NCBI GenBank assembly: GCA_038087875.1
Contig: CM075991.1
Coordinates: forward strand, 6,510,001 to 6,572,000
Reading direction: 5' to 3'
Source of the DNA: Malacoraja senta
Lineage: Eukaryota
Length of the DNA stretch: 62,000 nucleotides
Shown here in pieces: positions 38,034-51,680 of this stretch. The notes beneath the pieces were generated by a model. It saw only the letters and a program-made list of their open reading frames with translations. It ran no database searches and was not told where the DNA came from. The position numbers were made by a program, and so were the translations under genes. Numbering within the stretch: the first letter of the stretch is position 1; each line of letters begins with the position of its first letter.

Positions 38034-39257
38034 GCTCTAAAGGATAATGTATTTTCTGATTTGGGGACCAGGTAGCATTGAAGGCCAGTGAGAATGGTGA
38101 GATGGGGAATGATGAAGAACCTATTAAATTATTATCCTCCTACATAGTGTAATCAATTGAATATGTTATATGACGGTGCCATAAGTAAGAATTTCATTGT
38201 TTCATTGGATGTTTCATTGGTTCACATCCAGTGCATTTGACAAATAAATATTCTTAAGGTCATAAGTGATAGGAGTAGAATTAGGCCATTCGGCCCATCA
38301 AGTCTACTCCGCCATTCAATCATGGCTGATCTATCTCTCCCTCCTAACCCCAATCTCCTGCCTTCTCTCCATAACCCCTGAACACCCGCACTAATGCTGC
38401 CTGACCCATTGAGTGCATTTTGTGTCTTTACCTGACAAGCACGCACTTTTAACTTGATACTGTCGGTTGTTTAGAAGCCAACAATTAGATAAGCTTATAT
38501 ATATTTGGGAACTGCTTTATAGAGTGAGAGCAATTTACTCACTCTGTTCTTTGAGATTATTTGGAGCAGAGAGTTTATAATAACCAGGAACAAATTGTGG
38601 TTTGTACAGCTATTTTCCTCAATAGTCCTACTTAAGCAAAATAACCACAAAATTGCTGAACCCAATCAGTATTCCATGCATTTGTTCCTGAGGTAGTATT
38701 ATCATCAGATAATTACTGAGATCTCTCATTAGAAATGCAAAGGGGCATTCAATGTATAAACATTGCAGGAGCCACTTACATTTGGACATTGGGCATATAA
38801 AACATCCAGTCTCTGATAGTTTTGGATGAAAGGCTAAAATAGACCACAATACTATTTGATGGAAATCTAAATGATGAGCCAGATGTCTCGCTTGTGCGCT
38901 GGTCCCCTTGAGGCAAACCGTTTCAATTCAATGGCTCGTGACCGCAGGTTAGAAGGAACAAGCAAGTATCCTTGCCCAGAGAGGCAGAAAGGATGGTGCC
39001 AGAGTCTTTAAAAAAATGCATAAGTACCACGGCATGGTCTTCCTCATTGTGCACGTACGTGCATTGTGGACACAAAATAGATTATGTCCTCACCTATAAT
39101 TGATTCATTACATTTAGTTTTGAGATACTGCATGCAAACAGGCCCACAGAATCCACGCCAACTATCGAACACATGGACTTGGGAGTGCTGGTGCAGGATT
39201 CCCAAAAAGTTCATCTGCAGGTCGAATCGGTAGGAAAGAAAGCAAACTCTTTCGCAT

Positions 39258-39356
39258 GGTAGACAAAAATGCTGGAAAAACTCAGTGGGTGAGGCAGCAT
39301 CTATGGATCTTTGGAAAATCTTTTCGATTTTCCAGCATCTGCAGTTCCTTCTTAAA
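39258..39356. mobile_element. Internally deleted fold-back PLE-end element
   Basis: ggtagacaaaaatgctgg...tcgattttccagcatctgcagttccttcttaaac, with caaactc on both flanks. Confidence 0.65.
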
Positions 39357-40314
39357 CAAACTCGTTTGTTGGGTATCTTTAAGGCAGAGATTGATTGGGA
39401 GGGCTATCGATGGTTATGGGGAGAAGGCAGAAGAATGGGGTTGAGAGGGAAAGATAGATCAGCCATGATTGAATGGCGGAGTAAAGTCACGGGCCGAATG
39501 GCCTACTTCTGCTCATATGATTTATAAACATTAAGCACATCCTCCCCCTGATTTATAGTATTCCAGTTCCTTTAGTACTCGGGAAACTGTCCTCTAAACT
39601 CTAAGGAAGGACCTAAAGACGTAAAAATGACACCAAAATGTCACCACACCAAACTAAGTCTTTGGAATGAGCAACTCCCTGTCCTTGAATTGCTGACTAA
39701 GCTCATGGGAACAATCCCTGCAATTCACCATCCCTAATCCAATTCTCAGTGGCGCAAGCTTTATTAACAATGAGGAAGAATGGATTGTAAAAAAGATTTT
39801 ACTTCCCAGCACAACAGTATCAGAAAAGGATAGTACCCAAATAAACCATATCTTTTCATTTGGTTACTTCAGTATGGTAAAGATCTTCATCACCTAAAGA
39901 CTGAGGATATTCAGAAGTGAAGGTTCGTAGGGACATAAAGATTGGTGGTCAGTGTGGACTTTGTGTTCCTATGGTGTTTATCTAAACTAGACTAACATAA
40001 ATTATATTCATCAATACAATGCATTGCCTCCAACTACGTTTCAATCAATGCACAATTCCCTTCCTACAGATGTGAATAAACTCCATACTCAATGTGTAGG
40101 AAGTAACTGCAGATGCTGGTGTAAACCAAAGTTAGACACAAAATGCTGGAGTAACTCAGCGGGAAAGGCAGCATCTCTGGAGAGTAGGAATGGGTGCTGT
40201 TTCAGGTCAAGACCCTTCTTCAGATTCGCCAGGGGAAAGGGAAATGAGAGATATATCGCTGTCTCTCGTGATCAGCTACAACATGTCGAAAAAGAAAGGA
40301 ACACAAAAATCAAA

Positions 40315-41309
40315 CCAGGGCATCCGAAATGTCCTCATTCTTCAGGGAACGGGGGTTCCCCTCCTCCACCATAGATGAGGCTCGCACCAGGGTCTCTGCC
40401 ATACCCCGCAACACTGCTCTCTCTCCCCATCCCCCCACTCACAACAAGGGCAGAGTCCCCCTAGTCCTCACCTTTCATCCCACCAGCCGTCACATACAAG
40501 TGATCCTCCGTCAGTTCCGCCACCTCCAACGTGACCCCACCACTCGCCACATCTTCCCATCTCCCCCCATGTCTGCCTTCTGCAAAGACCGCTCCCTCTG
40601 CAACTCCCTTGTCAATTCTTCCCTTCCCTCCTGTACCACCCCCTCCCCGGGTACTTTCCCTTGCAACCGCAAGAGATGCAACACTTGTCCCTTCACCTCC
40701 CCCCTCGATTCCATTCAAGGACCCAAGCAGTCGTTCCAGGTGCGACAGAGGTTCTCCTTCATCTCCTCCAACCTCATCTATTGCATCCGCTGCTCTAGAT
40801 GTCAGCTGATCTACATCGGTGAGACCAAGCGGAGGCTTGGCGATCGTTTCGCCGAACACCTCCGGTCGGTCCGCAATAACCTACCTGACCTCCCGGTGGC
40901 TCAGCACTTCAACTCCCCCTCCCATTCCATATCTGACCTTTCTGTCCTGGGTCTCCTCCATGGCCACAGCGAGCAACACCGGAAATTGGAGGAAATGCAC
41001 CTCATATTCCGCTTGGGCAGTCTACATCCTGGGGGCATAAACATTGAATTCTCCCAACTCTGCTAGCCCTTGCTGTCCCCTCCCCTTCATCAGCCCTCTG
41101 GTTGTCTCCTCCCATCCCCCAGCCCTCGGGCTCCTCCTCCACCTTTTTTCCTTTTTTCCTTTCTTCTCCCCACCCCCTATCAGTCTGAAGAAGGGTTTCG
41201 GCCCGAAACGTTGCCTATTTCCTTCGCTCCATAGATGCTGCTGCACCTGCTGAGTTTCTCCAGCATTTTTGTGTGCCTTCGATTTTCCAGCATCTGCAGT
41301 TCCTTCTTT
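40315..41309 (+). mobile_element. 5'-truncated PLE, direct form, with open thumb/linker/GIY-YIG frame (40329-41066) and 3' UTR
   Basis: Near-identical to the 31-33 kb element. 15-bp TSD AACACAAAAATCAAA at 40300-40314 and 41310-41324. Confidence 0.92.
41185..41212 (+). ncRNA. Minimal hammerhead-like core
   Basis: Same 28-nt motif as 32911-32938. Confidence 0.6.
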
Positions 41310-42002
41310 AACACAAAAATCAAAGGCGTGAGTGGGGCACTAAGGAGCTGCTCCGTAAACCACACATTTTTTGCATCTGCAAAGATCACACGGATTCCAA
41401 ATGACATGCGTCTGGAGCAAATATTCAACTGAAAGGGCAGCAGATTCCGCTGTGGTGGATGCAAAATAAAAACAGTCCTTATGGAGGAAAACAGCTTTGG
41501 GGGCAAGTCGTACTCCACTGTGACAAAGACAAGCACATGGCACTGGAAATGACGATGGCGCCAGTTTTGTAAGATGATCTCCACAAAACAAAAGCTAATG
41601 AGTCAAGCCAAAGAATGAGAGTGGCAAATTTCCAACATACCGTCTGCAACTCCCCCTTCCAGTCCCAGACTGTCCTCATAAGTTCTCGGAGCAGAATAAG
41701 GCCATTCGGCCCATTAAATCTACTCCGCCATTCAATCATGGCTGATCTCTCTTCCCCGCTCAACCCCATTCTTCTGCCTTCCCCCTATAACCCCTGACAC
41801 CCTTACTGAACAAAACTGTCAATCTCCACCTTAAAAATATCCATTAAGGCCCCATATTCCTTGCTTCCATTAGCCCTAAGAGCTGAGAGATAGGTAGGAA
41901 AGGGGTTTTAACAAACTAATTTCCAATACATAGTTCAATCCTGTCTTGCATTTATTTAGTCTCTCTCCTTTCTTAAGGAAAAGTATGTGTAAAAGAAGAG
42001 TA

Positions 42003-42360
42003 AACGATACGATACGATAGAACTTTATTTATCCCAGGAGGGAAATTGATCTGCCAACAGCCATAAAACACAAGATACATTAAATTAAAAACATGAAATT
42101 AAAGTGATGAGTGGAAAAGATTGGGGATGTGCGAAGATTGGGGGGGGGGGGGGGTCAGTCTACCCGATGACTGAAGGGGGAGTTGCACGGTTTGATGGTC
42201 AATGGGAAGAAGGATCTCCTGTGGCATTCTCTACTGCATCTTGGTGGAACCAGTCTGTTGCTGAAGGTGCTCCTCAGGTTGACCACTTTTCTTGTATTGT
42301 CCAAGATGCTCTATAGTTTGAGGATCATCCTCCCCCTCCAAGACCACCTCCCATGAATCC
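42003..42360 (-). mobile_element. Rex1-like LINE 3' fragment
   Basis: Minus strand reads VNLRSTFSNRLVPPRCS...RRSFFP; (TATCG)n tail. Confidence 0.65.
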
Positions 42361-42515
42361 AAAATATAAACAAAATTCAATGCCGTGCTGGTAAATAACT
42401 CACAAAGAATTAATTCATTCACATCAACCATTATTGCTCTACTTAAAATTATCTCCTTTTGTTCATTATATGTTTTACTCATAGAAAGCCAATGAGCATA
42501 CTTCAAAGATTATTA

Positions 42516-42817
42516 AGGGCAGCACAGTGGTGCAGCAGTAGTGTTGCTGCCTTACAGCGCCAGAGACCCGGGTTCCATCCTGACTACCGGTGCTCTCCGT
42601 ACGGAGTTTGTACGTTCTCCCTGTGACCATCTGGCTTTTCTTCGATTCTCCGGTATCCTCCCACATTCCAAAGAAGCGCAGGTCTGTAGGTTGATTGGCA
42701 TCTGTAAATTTTCCCCGGTGTAGGATAGAACCAGTGTACGGGGATCGCTGGTCGGGGCAGACTCAATGGGCTGAAGGGCCTGTTTCCACACTGTATATCT
42801 AAACTCAACTAAACTAA
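42516..42817 (+). mobile_element. tRNA-derived SINE
   Basis: Consensus match. Confidence 0.82.
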
Positions 42818-43169
42818 TTCAGAAACAAGAACCAATTGCAAAGAGCACAAACCGCCTGGTTTCAATGATGTCCGTGTGGAAGTTATTAGCTCTTGTGGAC
42901 TGGCTGTTTGATGTTATTGAAAATTATCACCTGCAGACCAGAATCTTTAAAGGTGCTATTTTTCTTCATGGAGTTTTATTGCAGCAGGAAGAAGAGCTCA
43001 ATATTACTTTCTTCACAGATTTGTCCTTCATTGTTAAATGAAAATTTTTGTTCTTTGGGTTTTATGATGGAAGTTATATGGATTCTCACAAATACAAACC
43101 CAAGAATGATTTGCAATTCTGTGCCATCACTAACACTTTACAGCCGATAAAATACATATGAGATATGCA

Positions 43170-43397
43170 TAGAACATAAAATTCTGGAGGAACTCAGCGG
43201 GTCAGGAAGCACGTGTGTATGGAATGGATAGATGACGTTTCAGGTTGGGACCTGTCTCACCCAGACTGGCTACCACAGCGGAAGGCTCCCGACCAGAAAC
43301 ATTGCATATCCATGTCCTCCGGAGATGCTGCCTGGCCCACTGAGTTCCTCCAGCACTTTGTGTCCTACACAATATTGCAGCATTTGCAGTTCCTTGT
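43170..43397. mobile_element. Diverged fold-back PLE-end element
   Basis: ctggaggaactcagcggg...ctgagttcctccagcactttgtg plus gcagcatttgcagttcctt tail. Confidence 0.6.
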
Positions 43398-43775
43398 CAT
43401 AGAGTCATAGACTGTATCGCTCTATGATAAAGCGATACAGTGCGGAAACAGGCCCTTCGGCCCAACTCGCCCACATCGGCCAACAATGTCCCAGCTACCC
43501 TCGTCCCACTTGCCTGTGCTTGGTCCATAACCCTCCAACCCTGTCCTATCCATGTACCTGTCCAACTGTTTCTTAAATGATGGGATAGTCCCAGCCTCAA
43601 CTAGCTCCTCTGGCAGCTTGTTCCATACACCCACCAGCCTTAGTTACCCCTCGGATTCCTTTTAAATATTTTCCCCTTCACCTTGAACCTGTGTCCTCTG
43701 GTCCTCGATTCCCCTACTCTGGGTAAAAGACTCTGTGCATCTACCCGATCTATTCCTCTCATGATCTTGTACTTT
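43395..43775 (-). mobile_element. CR1 (HER1-like) 3' fragment
   Basis: GVWNKLPEELVEAGTI..FKKQLDRYM. Confidence 0.78.
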
Positions 43776-44749
43776 TGAGAAATAGTCACTATGACATCAC
43801 TGGAGACTCAATCATCAAAGTAAAGAGTGTCTAAAACCAACAAAGAAACTGCAGATGCCGGAAATATAAAAAGCACAAAATATGTTGAAAACACTCAACA
43901 AATCTGCCAGTCTTCTTGAGAGAAAAAAAGAGGGCGTCCAAGCCCCAGAAAGTCACTGCGATACCATAAACTGTAAAGTTGATGCTGGACTGGAGATCTT
44001 GATTCATAAATACAGAAGGGTATCCACATTTCTCCTCAACAAAAATCAGAGGCACAGAAAACAAATATTCCAAACCTTCACTTTCCCAAACACTTTGTCC
44101 AAGACCTCATGGGGCATGTTGGTCGACGTGGGCACATTGGGCCGACGGGCCTGTTTCCATGCTCTATGACTATGATTCTCAGGTTTTCTCTGGATGCCAG
44201 AGGTTGCAGGGAGACCTATTGGAGGTATACACAATTATGAGAGGCATAGATGGAGTAGATAGTCCAAACCTTTTTCCCAGGAGGGAAAAATCAAATACTA
44301 AAGGGCATAGCTTTAAAATGAGAGGACCTCTTCTAAATTCTAGTAAATGGAAGTGTAAACTGTCCTCGGAAGCCAATTTGCCTATTCCAGTCGGAAGAAA
44401 ATCTACTGCTCCCAGTATATTTTTTTCTCCTTCCTTCAGCAAGAGAACCATTATTACACAAAGGCACAAGAAACTGCAGTTGTGGAAATCTTGAACACAA
44501 AACAAACTGCTGGAAGAACTCATCAGGTCAGGCAGTATCTGTGGAGGCAAATACACAAATGACTTTTTGGATCGAGACATGGCGAGATGGCCCGATCTGA
44601 AACATCACCTGACTATTTCCTTCCACGGATGCTGCCTGGCCCGCTGAGTTCGTACAGCACTTTCCTTTTTACTGAAACATTTATTAGACACAGTAGTCCA
44701 GCAGTCTCACCATTGCTCCAAAAACTGAGGCATAGTCTCCTTACTTATG

Positions 44750-45012
44750 TATTCGGCCCACGAAGTCCACACTGACCAAAGGGCACCCTTACACTAGCTC
44801 TATCCTACACACTAGTGACGATTTACAGAAACCAATTAACCTAGAAACCTGCACATCTTTGGAATGTGAGAGAAAACTGAAGCATCCGGAGAAACCCCAC
44901 GTGGTCACAGGAAGAACATGCAAACTCCGGACATACAGCACCCGTAGTCAGGATCGAACCCGGGTCTCTGGCGCTGTAAGCAGCAACTCCGCCGCTGCGC
45001 CACTGTGCCGCC
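44750..45012 (-). mobile_element. tRNA-derived SINE
   Basis: Consensus match. Confidence 0.78.
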
Positions 45013-45514
45013 CAAACTTCCCTGTTGATTTTTAATTTCCTGTTTCCTTCACAGATGGCTCTGGAGGCCATGTTATTTGGGTATTTTTAAGGGGGAGATT
45101 GACAGATTCTTGATTAGTAAGGGTGCCAAGGGTTATGGGTAAAAGGCAGAAGAATAGGGTTGAAAAGAAAAGAAGGATCAGCCATGATCGAATGGTGGAA
45201 TAGACTCGATGGGTCGAATGGCCAAATTCTGTTCCAATGACTTCTTCCAATTTCCAATTTACAGTTATGGGTTATGACATTTGGTTCAGCAAATTTTGAG
45301 GTTGTTGAAGGCTGTGGAATGAAGACATGATCTCACTGAATGATGGCACAGGCCTTTCCCCTAATCCTCTAATTGAGAAAGGCTCCCTAAAAGACTTTGG
45401 CCTTTGTATAAAACTCCATCAAGAAAATTAATCCGTGAAAATGTTTGTTGTCGGTTTTGAATTTGAATCCCTAGATTTAACTTGAATTTGGCTAATCTAA
45501 ATTTATTTTGCTCT

Positions 45515-45833
45515 GTTTAGTTTAGTTTAGAGATACAGCGCGGAAGCAGAACCTTCGGCCCACCGAGTCCACACCGACCAGCGATCCCCGCACATTAACA
45601 CTATCCTACACACACTAGGGACAATTTACATTTATACCAAGCCAATTAACCTACAAACCAGTAGGTCTTTGGAGTGTGGTTGGAAACCGAAGATCTCGGA
45701 GAAAAACCAGCGCAGGTCACGGGGAGAACGTACAAACTCCGTACAAACAGCACCCGTAGTCGGGATCGAACCCGGGTCTCTGGCGCTGCAAGCGCTGTAA
45801 GGCAGCGACTCTACCGCTGCATCACCGTGCCGC
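45515..45833 (-). mobile_element. tRNA-derived SINE, young CpG-retaining copy
   Basis: Full-length consensus match. Confidence 0.85.
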
Positions 45834-46004
45834 CCTCTGCCTGACTTGACGGCTGCCATTGTGACGGCTGCCATTGTGATTAATTTCAGTTGTTTGGGAA
45901 CTGGCCTGGGGATGCAGTCAAATATTCCTCTGAATGTTTCTTGTTTCAGTTTATAATCAGAATTTCTGCAGGCAAGAATCAACAGCCTATCTTTTTTCCT
46001 TCCT

Positions 46005-46545
46005 CTAAGGGAGAGGCTAAATAGGCTTGGACTTTATTTCTTGGAGCGAGAGAGGATGAGGGGTGAACTTATAATGATGTATAAAATCATTAGGAGAATT
46101 GACAGGATTCGAGGGCCTGAGCTGTAGGGGAGAGGGTGGGCAGGCTAGGAGTGTATTGTTTAGAGTGTAGAAGGCTGACGGGTGATTTTATTGAGGTGTA
46201 TAAAATCAGAAAGGGAATAGATAGGGTGAATGCACTGTGTCTTTTACCCAGGGTAAAGGTAGGGGAATCAAGAAGCAGAGGACAGAGGTTTAAGGTGAGA
46301 GGGGGGGAAATTTAAAGGGACCTGCGGGTCATCTTTATCACTCAGAGAGTGGTGGGCACTGCCAGAGGAGGAAGTTGAGGCAGGTATCATACCAACATTT
46401 AAAAATACACTAAAAAGTGCATGGACAGGAAAGGTTTTGAGGAATATGGGCCAAACGCGGGCAAATAGAACTAGATTAGATAAGGCATCTTGGTCAGTAT
46501 AGACGAGTTGGGCCAAATGGCCCGTTTGCTAGCTGTATTATTCTA
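46005..46545 (+). mobile_element. Tandem decayed CR1 3' fragments
   Basis: Repeated ERL.RLGLY..E.RR.RGD-type sequence and CR1 3' UTR. Confidence 0.7.
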
Positions 46546-46629
46546 TGCCTCGATTGATCGAGTTACTTACCTCCTGAAAACTCAAGGATTTTCCATAATT
46601 TACTGGGCACATCAGGAATGTGATGCAGT

Positions 46630-46885
46630 CCGTCTTGCCTACACAAGTACAACTCTAATAACTCTTAAGAGACTTGACAACATCCTGGACGATGCAGCCC
46701 ACTTGTTGGGCCCGCCATCTTGAACATCCAATCCCTCCACTATCAGCGCACAATGCAGAGTGTGCCATTGGTGACCAACACTGCACATTGTGACCTAGGC
46801 TACTGACACCACCTTCCCAATCTGTGACCTCTACCGTCAAAATGGACAAGTGTAGCAGTCGCACGGTGACACCACCACCCACAAG
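46630..46885 (+). mobile_element. Old LINE RT C-terminal remnant (clade uncertain)
   Basis: TLKRLDNILDDAAHLLG...IQSLHYQRT resembles the LD.IQ.KA..LI..SL.HRR motif of non-LTR ORF2 ends. Confidence 0.5.
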
Positions 46886-48659
46886 CTCATAAATTCATGT
46901 TGATAAGGGATAGGAGTAGAATTAACCCCCTGTGGACCCTCTCCAGAGCCAGCACACCATTCCTCAGATATGGTGCCCAAAATTGCTCACAATTTTGTCA
47001 CAAAAGGTCATGTGACAGGAGCAGAATTAGGCTATTTGGCCCATTAAGTCTACTCCACCATTCAATCATGGCTGATCTATCTCTTCCTCCTAACCCCATT
47101 CTCCTGCTTTCTCCCCATAACCCCTGACGCCTATACTAATCAAGAATCCATCTATCTCTGCCGGAGGAATATCCATTGAGTTCTGCTCCAAGTCAAGCAT
47201 CATGCTGATCTGGAAATACATTGCTGAAATTCCATACCGAGAAGCACTGTGAATGTACCTTCAGCAGAACATGGACCATAGATCAGTACAGGCCACCTTC
47301 GGGCCACTACGTCTGTGCCGAACATGATGCCAAGATAAACTAATCTCATCCACCTGCACTTAATCCATACTCCTCCATTCCCTGCATGTTGAAGAAACCA
47401 GCTCAACATAGAATAGAATAGAATAGAATACGTTTTATTGTCATTGTACAGCAACTGTACAATGAAATTTCAGTGCATCTCCTTCAGTGGTATACAATAA
47501 AAGGCACAGGATAAAAAGATTTAAAAGAACAAAAACACACTCAACCATTAACTTTCACATTTACCGGCAGGATCAATGAATAAAATAAGTGAATAGATAG
47601 TAGAAATAGAAGGGGACACCAAAACATCCACCCCTTCAGGGCAATAAGGGACGGCAATGATTGGATGGTGTCCATGCCAATCATCCCTTGATCCGTCAAA
47701 GCAAATTATATTAAAAAAATGCAAAAATAAATTATTGGTACAAGGGAGGCCAATGAGGACATGAAGTAGCTGTCAGCAAAATAGCATGGTCAGTATAAGC
47801 TATTTCATGCACTGGAACTATGAATTTATGGAAGGAAATAGGTTAGAGAGTTTGTATTCTTGCCAAGCTAAATATTGTTGTTATGCAAGTTCTCTGGTTG
47901 ACATATGGTTTTATCCTTCGAGAGGTGGCGGACAGTTCTGACTGGTGGCCTGAAAGCTTTGAACTCTCCCTCATTTTGTGCTCTCAATTCTCCTTCCCTT
48001 TCAACGTCCAGGGTTGTCCGGGTCCTGCGTGGGCTCAAACGCAAAGGGTCTGCTGTCCTGCTTTGACTCTCACCCTGGGGATAAGGGTCAAGCTTGGGTC
48101 CTCCCACAGACCAGCTGGCTGAGATTAGCAGCCTTGTCTTCCGGGAAATGTTGGGAGGAGTCAAGACTTGGACGTCGGCAAATGCATCCCATCAGGAATC
48201 AGACATTCCAGCCAAGAGCCTTCTCTTGATTAACTATTTTGTCCCAATGAATGCAGGCTGGGTGTGAAATTACTTGTGCAGGGTGGTTAGGATGCAAGGG
48301 GGAGTTGAAAAGGTGTTGGGGTGGCAGGGGTGTGGAGAGAGACGTGGAAGGGATGAAAATATAACCAGGCCAGTCTCAGAGGAGCTGGCCATAATAGAGT
48401 CATTGTGGCACGGTTAGCTTAAAACACATCTCAACATCGATGCAAAGATACATTTTCCAGATGATCAAGAATAAGAGCATTGTTCAACCTTCTGGCACAT
48501 AAACCTGATCCAGTAATGCATGAGGCATTTTCACAGGAAGCCCTTTAGACAAAGATGACAAAGGTGTTTCTCTTGCTTGAGAGGCGTTGCACAATAAAAG
48601 AAATGCAAATGTGACTCACCGCCCCTCCACTCCTCCCTCTTGCATGGTACAGTTACAGC

Positions 48660-49175
48660 ATTACAGCGCCAGAGACCCGGGTTCGATCCTGACTACGTGT
48701 CCTTGTCCGTACGGAGATTGTATGTTTACCCAGTGATCTGCGTGGGTTTTCTCTGGGATCTCCGGTTTCCTCCCACACTCCAAAGATGTACAGGTTTGTA
48801 GGATAATTGGCTTGGTATAATTGTAAATTGTCCTTAGTGTATGTAGAATTGTGTAAAGGGCCTGTCCCACTTGGGCGTCATTTGCGCGTAATTTACGTGA
48901 CATCATTTACGCGTCACGACGCGTGTTGTGCTGCGCACGTGATGCGCTCATGGTGCGCAATACGCGCGCATGGTTCGTAGTGACGTAAGCAGTGATGCGC
49001 GATCGCTCGCGGCGTCCCAGGATTTTAGGGTGTACAAAATCTTTGCGCGCCATCTGCGTGACGTGCAAATAACGCCGAAATGGGACAGGCCCTTTAGTAT
49101 GCAGAGATTGTTGGTTAGCATAGACTTGGTGGGCTGAAGGGCTCGTTGCCGCGTCGTATCTCTAAACTAAACTAA
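48660..49175 (+). mobile_element. tRNA-derived SINE split by a MITE
   Basis: 5' part 48660-48856, 3' part 49094-49175. Confidence 0.8.
48857..49093. mobile_element. PIF/Harbinger-type MITE (same family as 7757, opposite orientation) nested in a tRNA-SINE
   Basis: Same TIR; flanks TAA / TTA; interior is roughly the reverse complement of 7757-7957. Confidence 0.82.
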
Positions 49176-50832
49176 CGTCAGTCTGCTATCAGTCTGAAGA
49201 AGGGTTTCGGCCCGAAACGTTGCCTATTTCCTTCGCTCCATAGATGCTGCCTCACCAGCAGTTTTGTCTACCTTCGATTTTCCAGCATCTGCAGTTCCTT
49301 CTTAAACTAAACTAAACTTCTTGCTGTCAGTCTATCAAAAAAAAATCTGAAAATGATGAAAGTATCAAATAAAAGTAGAAAGTACTGAAAACATTCATGA
49401 GGCCAGGCAGCATCTGTTGTGGGAGAAGCAGTCTGGGACCCTTCACCAAACCCCATTGAAAAGTCTGAGTCCCGAAACATTTCTCTTTCCACGGATGCTG
49501 CCTGACCTCCTGGGTGTTTCCACCATTTTCAGTTTTTATCTCTTGCCATCTCCCACCTAGCTGTTTACAGAGTACTATGTTTACATATCTGCTGTCCTGC
49601 TGCAAGTAAGAATTTTATTGCTCCGTCTTGGGACATATGACTATATGTATGGCTGTATGGTGACCACACATTTCACTGTGCCAACTGGCACATGTGACAA
49701 TAAATGTATCTTGTATCTTGTATCTTGTATAAAACATTCAACTCTTGACTTTTTACACACATATCACTTTGCCTTCATGATCTTTCTGTAAAACCATTCC
49801 AATTATATCTCATTGTTTATGCTACTTAAAGTCATGCCAATGCCCATTTTAATTTTACCCTTCGCTACTTTGATGTAATTTCTTACTATTCTGTTTTATT
49901 TTGCAATCCTAATTTGGCTTTGCCTTCACCATTTTTGTTAGTTTGAGTAACATCCTTTCTCTTGTGATCAGATTTTGAGATTCGGCTCATGTTGTGGTCG
50001 ATTGCATTTTCCTTTGGGATTCAATGTTTAAATTTAATCCCCATGATCGGAATTTCTGAAGCTCACATTCACGTCGTGTCATTGCTAAGTCTCCGTTCTG
50101 AAGAGCTGTTTTGTTTACTTTGCTTAGTTCAGGGAATATATTACTGTCAAAGTCTGCCTTTTTTACTTCCTCCGTCTAAAGTGTGCAGGTATTTTAAATT
50201 GTAATTTGTCACCTTATTGCAGCTTCTCAGATAATCTTCTGCCGGCTGTTTACAAACTCGGTGTCGTGTTTGCCTCTAAGTTTCTATGACTAACCCTTGG
50301 CAGCACTGAGAACACACTCTGCCATCTCCACAATATAACACAAACCCTCCCCTGCCTGATCACATCTGTTGCTGAAATGTTTGTCCAAGTTGCCGTTACC
50401 TCAAACCATTCTACTTCCAGTTCATTGCTGCCCAGATGCTTCCCTTATAGTCATGAAAACTTGAGGTTTTCTAAAACTCTGCTTCAATCTCTGGTTATTG
50501 TGTTTTGATCCACATTGGATGCTGTTGAAGCAAATTGCAAAACCCTACTGGAATGGAATACTTTCATGTTACATGTGGCAAGGCACAGTGAAATTCTTTG
50601 CTGCATAGCCAATGTGTGCAAATAGTGGCCATGTACGACACTGACAAAGTTACAAAGTACGCCAGCTCCCCCTTTGTTCTCCCCCCTCCCCCCACCCTCC
50701 CCTACAGCGGTTTCCCCACGCCGGCTCCCCCATTGTCTATTGTTCTCCCGCCTCGTCCCCCGCCCTTCCCATTGACATTGTTCCCCCCCTCATGGTGGTC
50801 CCCCCACGCTCTCATCGACCGCCGACCGCAGG

Positions 50833-51102
50833 TCATAGAAACATAGAAACATAGAAAATACTGTAGGTGCAGGAGTAGGCCATTCGGCCCTTCGAGCCGT
50901 CACCGCCATTCAATATGATCATGGCTGATCATCCAACTCAGTATCCTGTACCTGCCTTCTCTCCATACCCCCTGATCCCTTTAGCCACAAGGGCCACATC
51001 TAACTCCCTCTTAAATATAGCCAATGAACTGGCCTCAACTACCTTCTGTGGCAGAGAGTTCCAGAGATTCACCACTCTCTGTGTGAAAAATGTTTTTCTC
51101 AT
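50833..51102 (-). mobile_element. CR1 3' fragment nested in a GC-rich element
   Basis: MRKTFFTQRVVNLWNSLPQ; atcgacc(c)gc occurs on both flanks (50814 and 51101). Confidence 0.85.
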
Positions 51103-51680
51103 CGACCCGCAAGGCTTCACCGCTGCCGAGGCCCCACTTCACGTGTCCATCCCATCCATCGGTCGGTTGGAGCCATCATCGGCCGACACACCAACCTCTC
51201 CACTGACGTTGCCGGGTCGTCTCCTGAGGCCTCCGTGGTGCCGACCTGGGCCCCAGCCGCGGGCTCCGTCGACCCACTCTCCAACGACCTGGGCTCCGAC
51301 CCGGGTTTCTCCGCGGCCATTCAGGAAGCATCGAGACCGCGGCGCCTCGATAAACGCCTACTGCCGCGTTCCCATTCCGCAGCCCCGGCTTGGTGGGGAA
51401 GCCTTCTGCCGCGCGGCCCAGTGGGTGTAGGAAGGAACTGCAGGTGGTGGTTTAAGCCAAAGATGGACACAAAGTGCTGGAGTAACTCAGCGGGACAGGC
51501 ATCATCTCTGGAGAGAAGGAATGGGTGGCATTTCAGGTCGAGACTCTTCCACCCGAAACGTCACCCATTCCTTCTTTCCGGAGATGCTGCCTGTAAAACC
51601 CGAATGATCCAAGATGGCGCCCAACCCAGGTGACTCTTTGTGTGCTGGTCCCAGAAGTGGATCTGCAATCACGCATTACA

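Noticed and set aside
45030..45110. Pyrimidine tract + cag followed by ATGGCTCT, resembling the (S)DGS start of the TM exon
   Set aside because: The following sequence is a CR1 3' end and encodes no hydrophobic helix.
48060..48090. HPGDKG peptide resembling the end of the penultimate ANTXR1 exon
   Set aside because: The upstream residues do not match GKLDALW..GYDRVSVMRP, and the frame is incompatible with the nearby acceptor.
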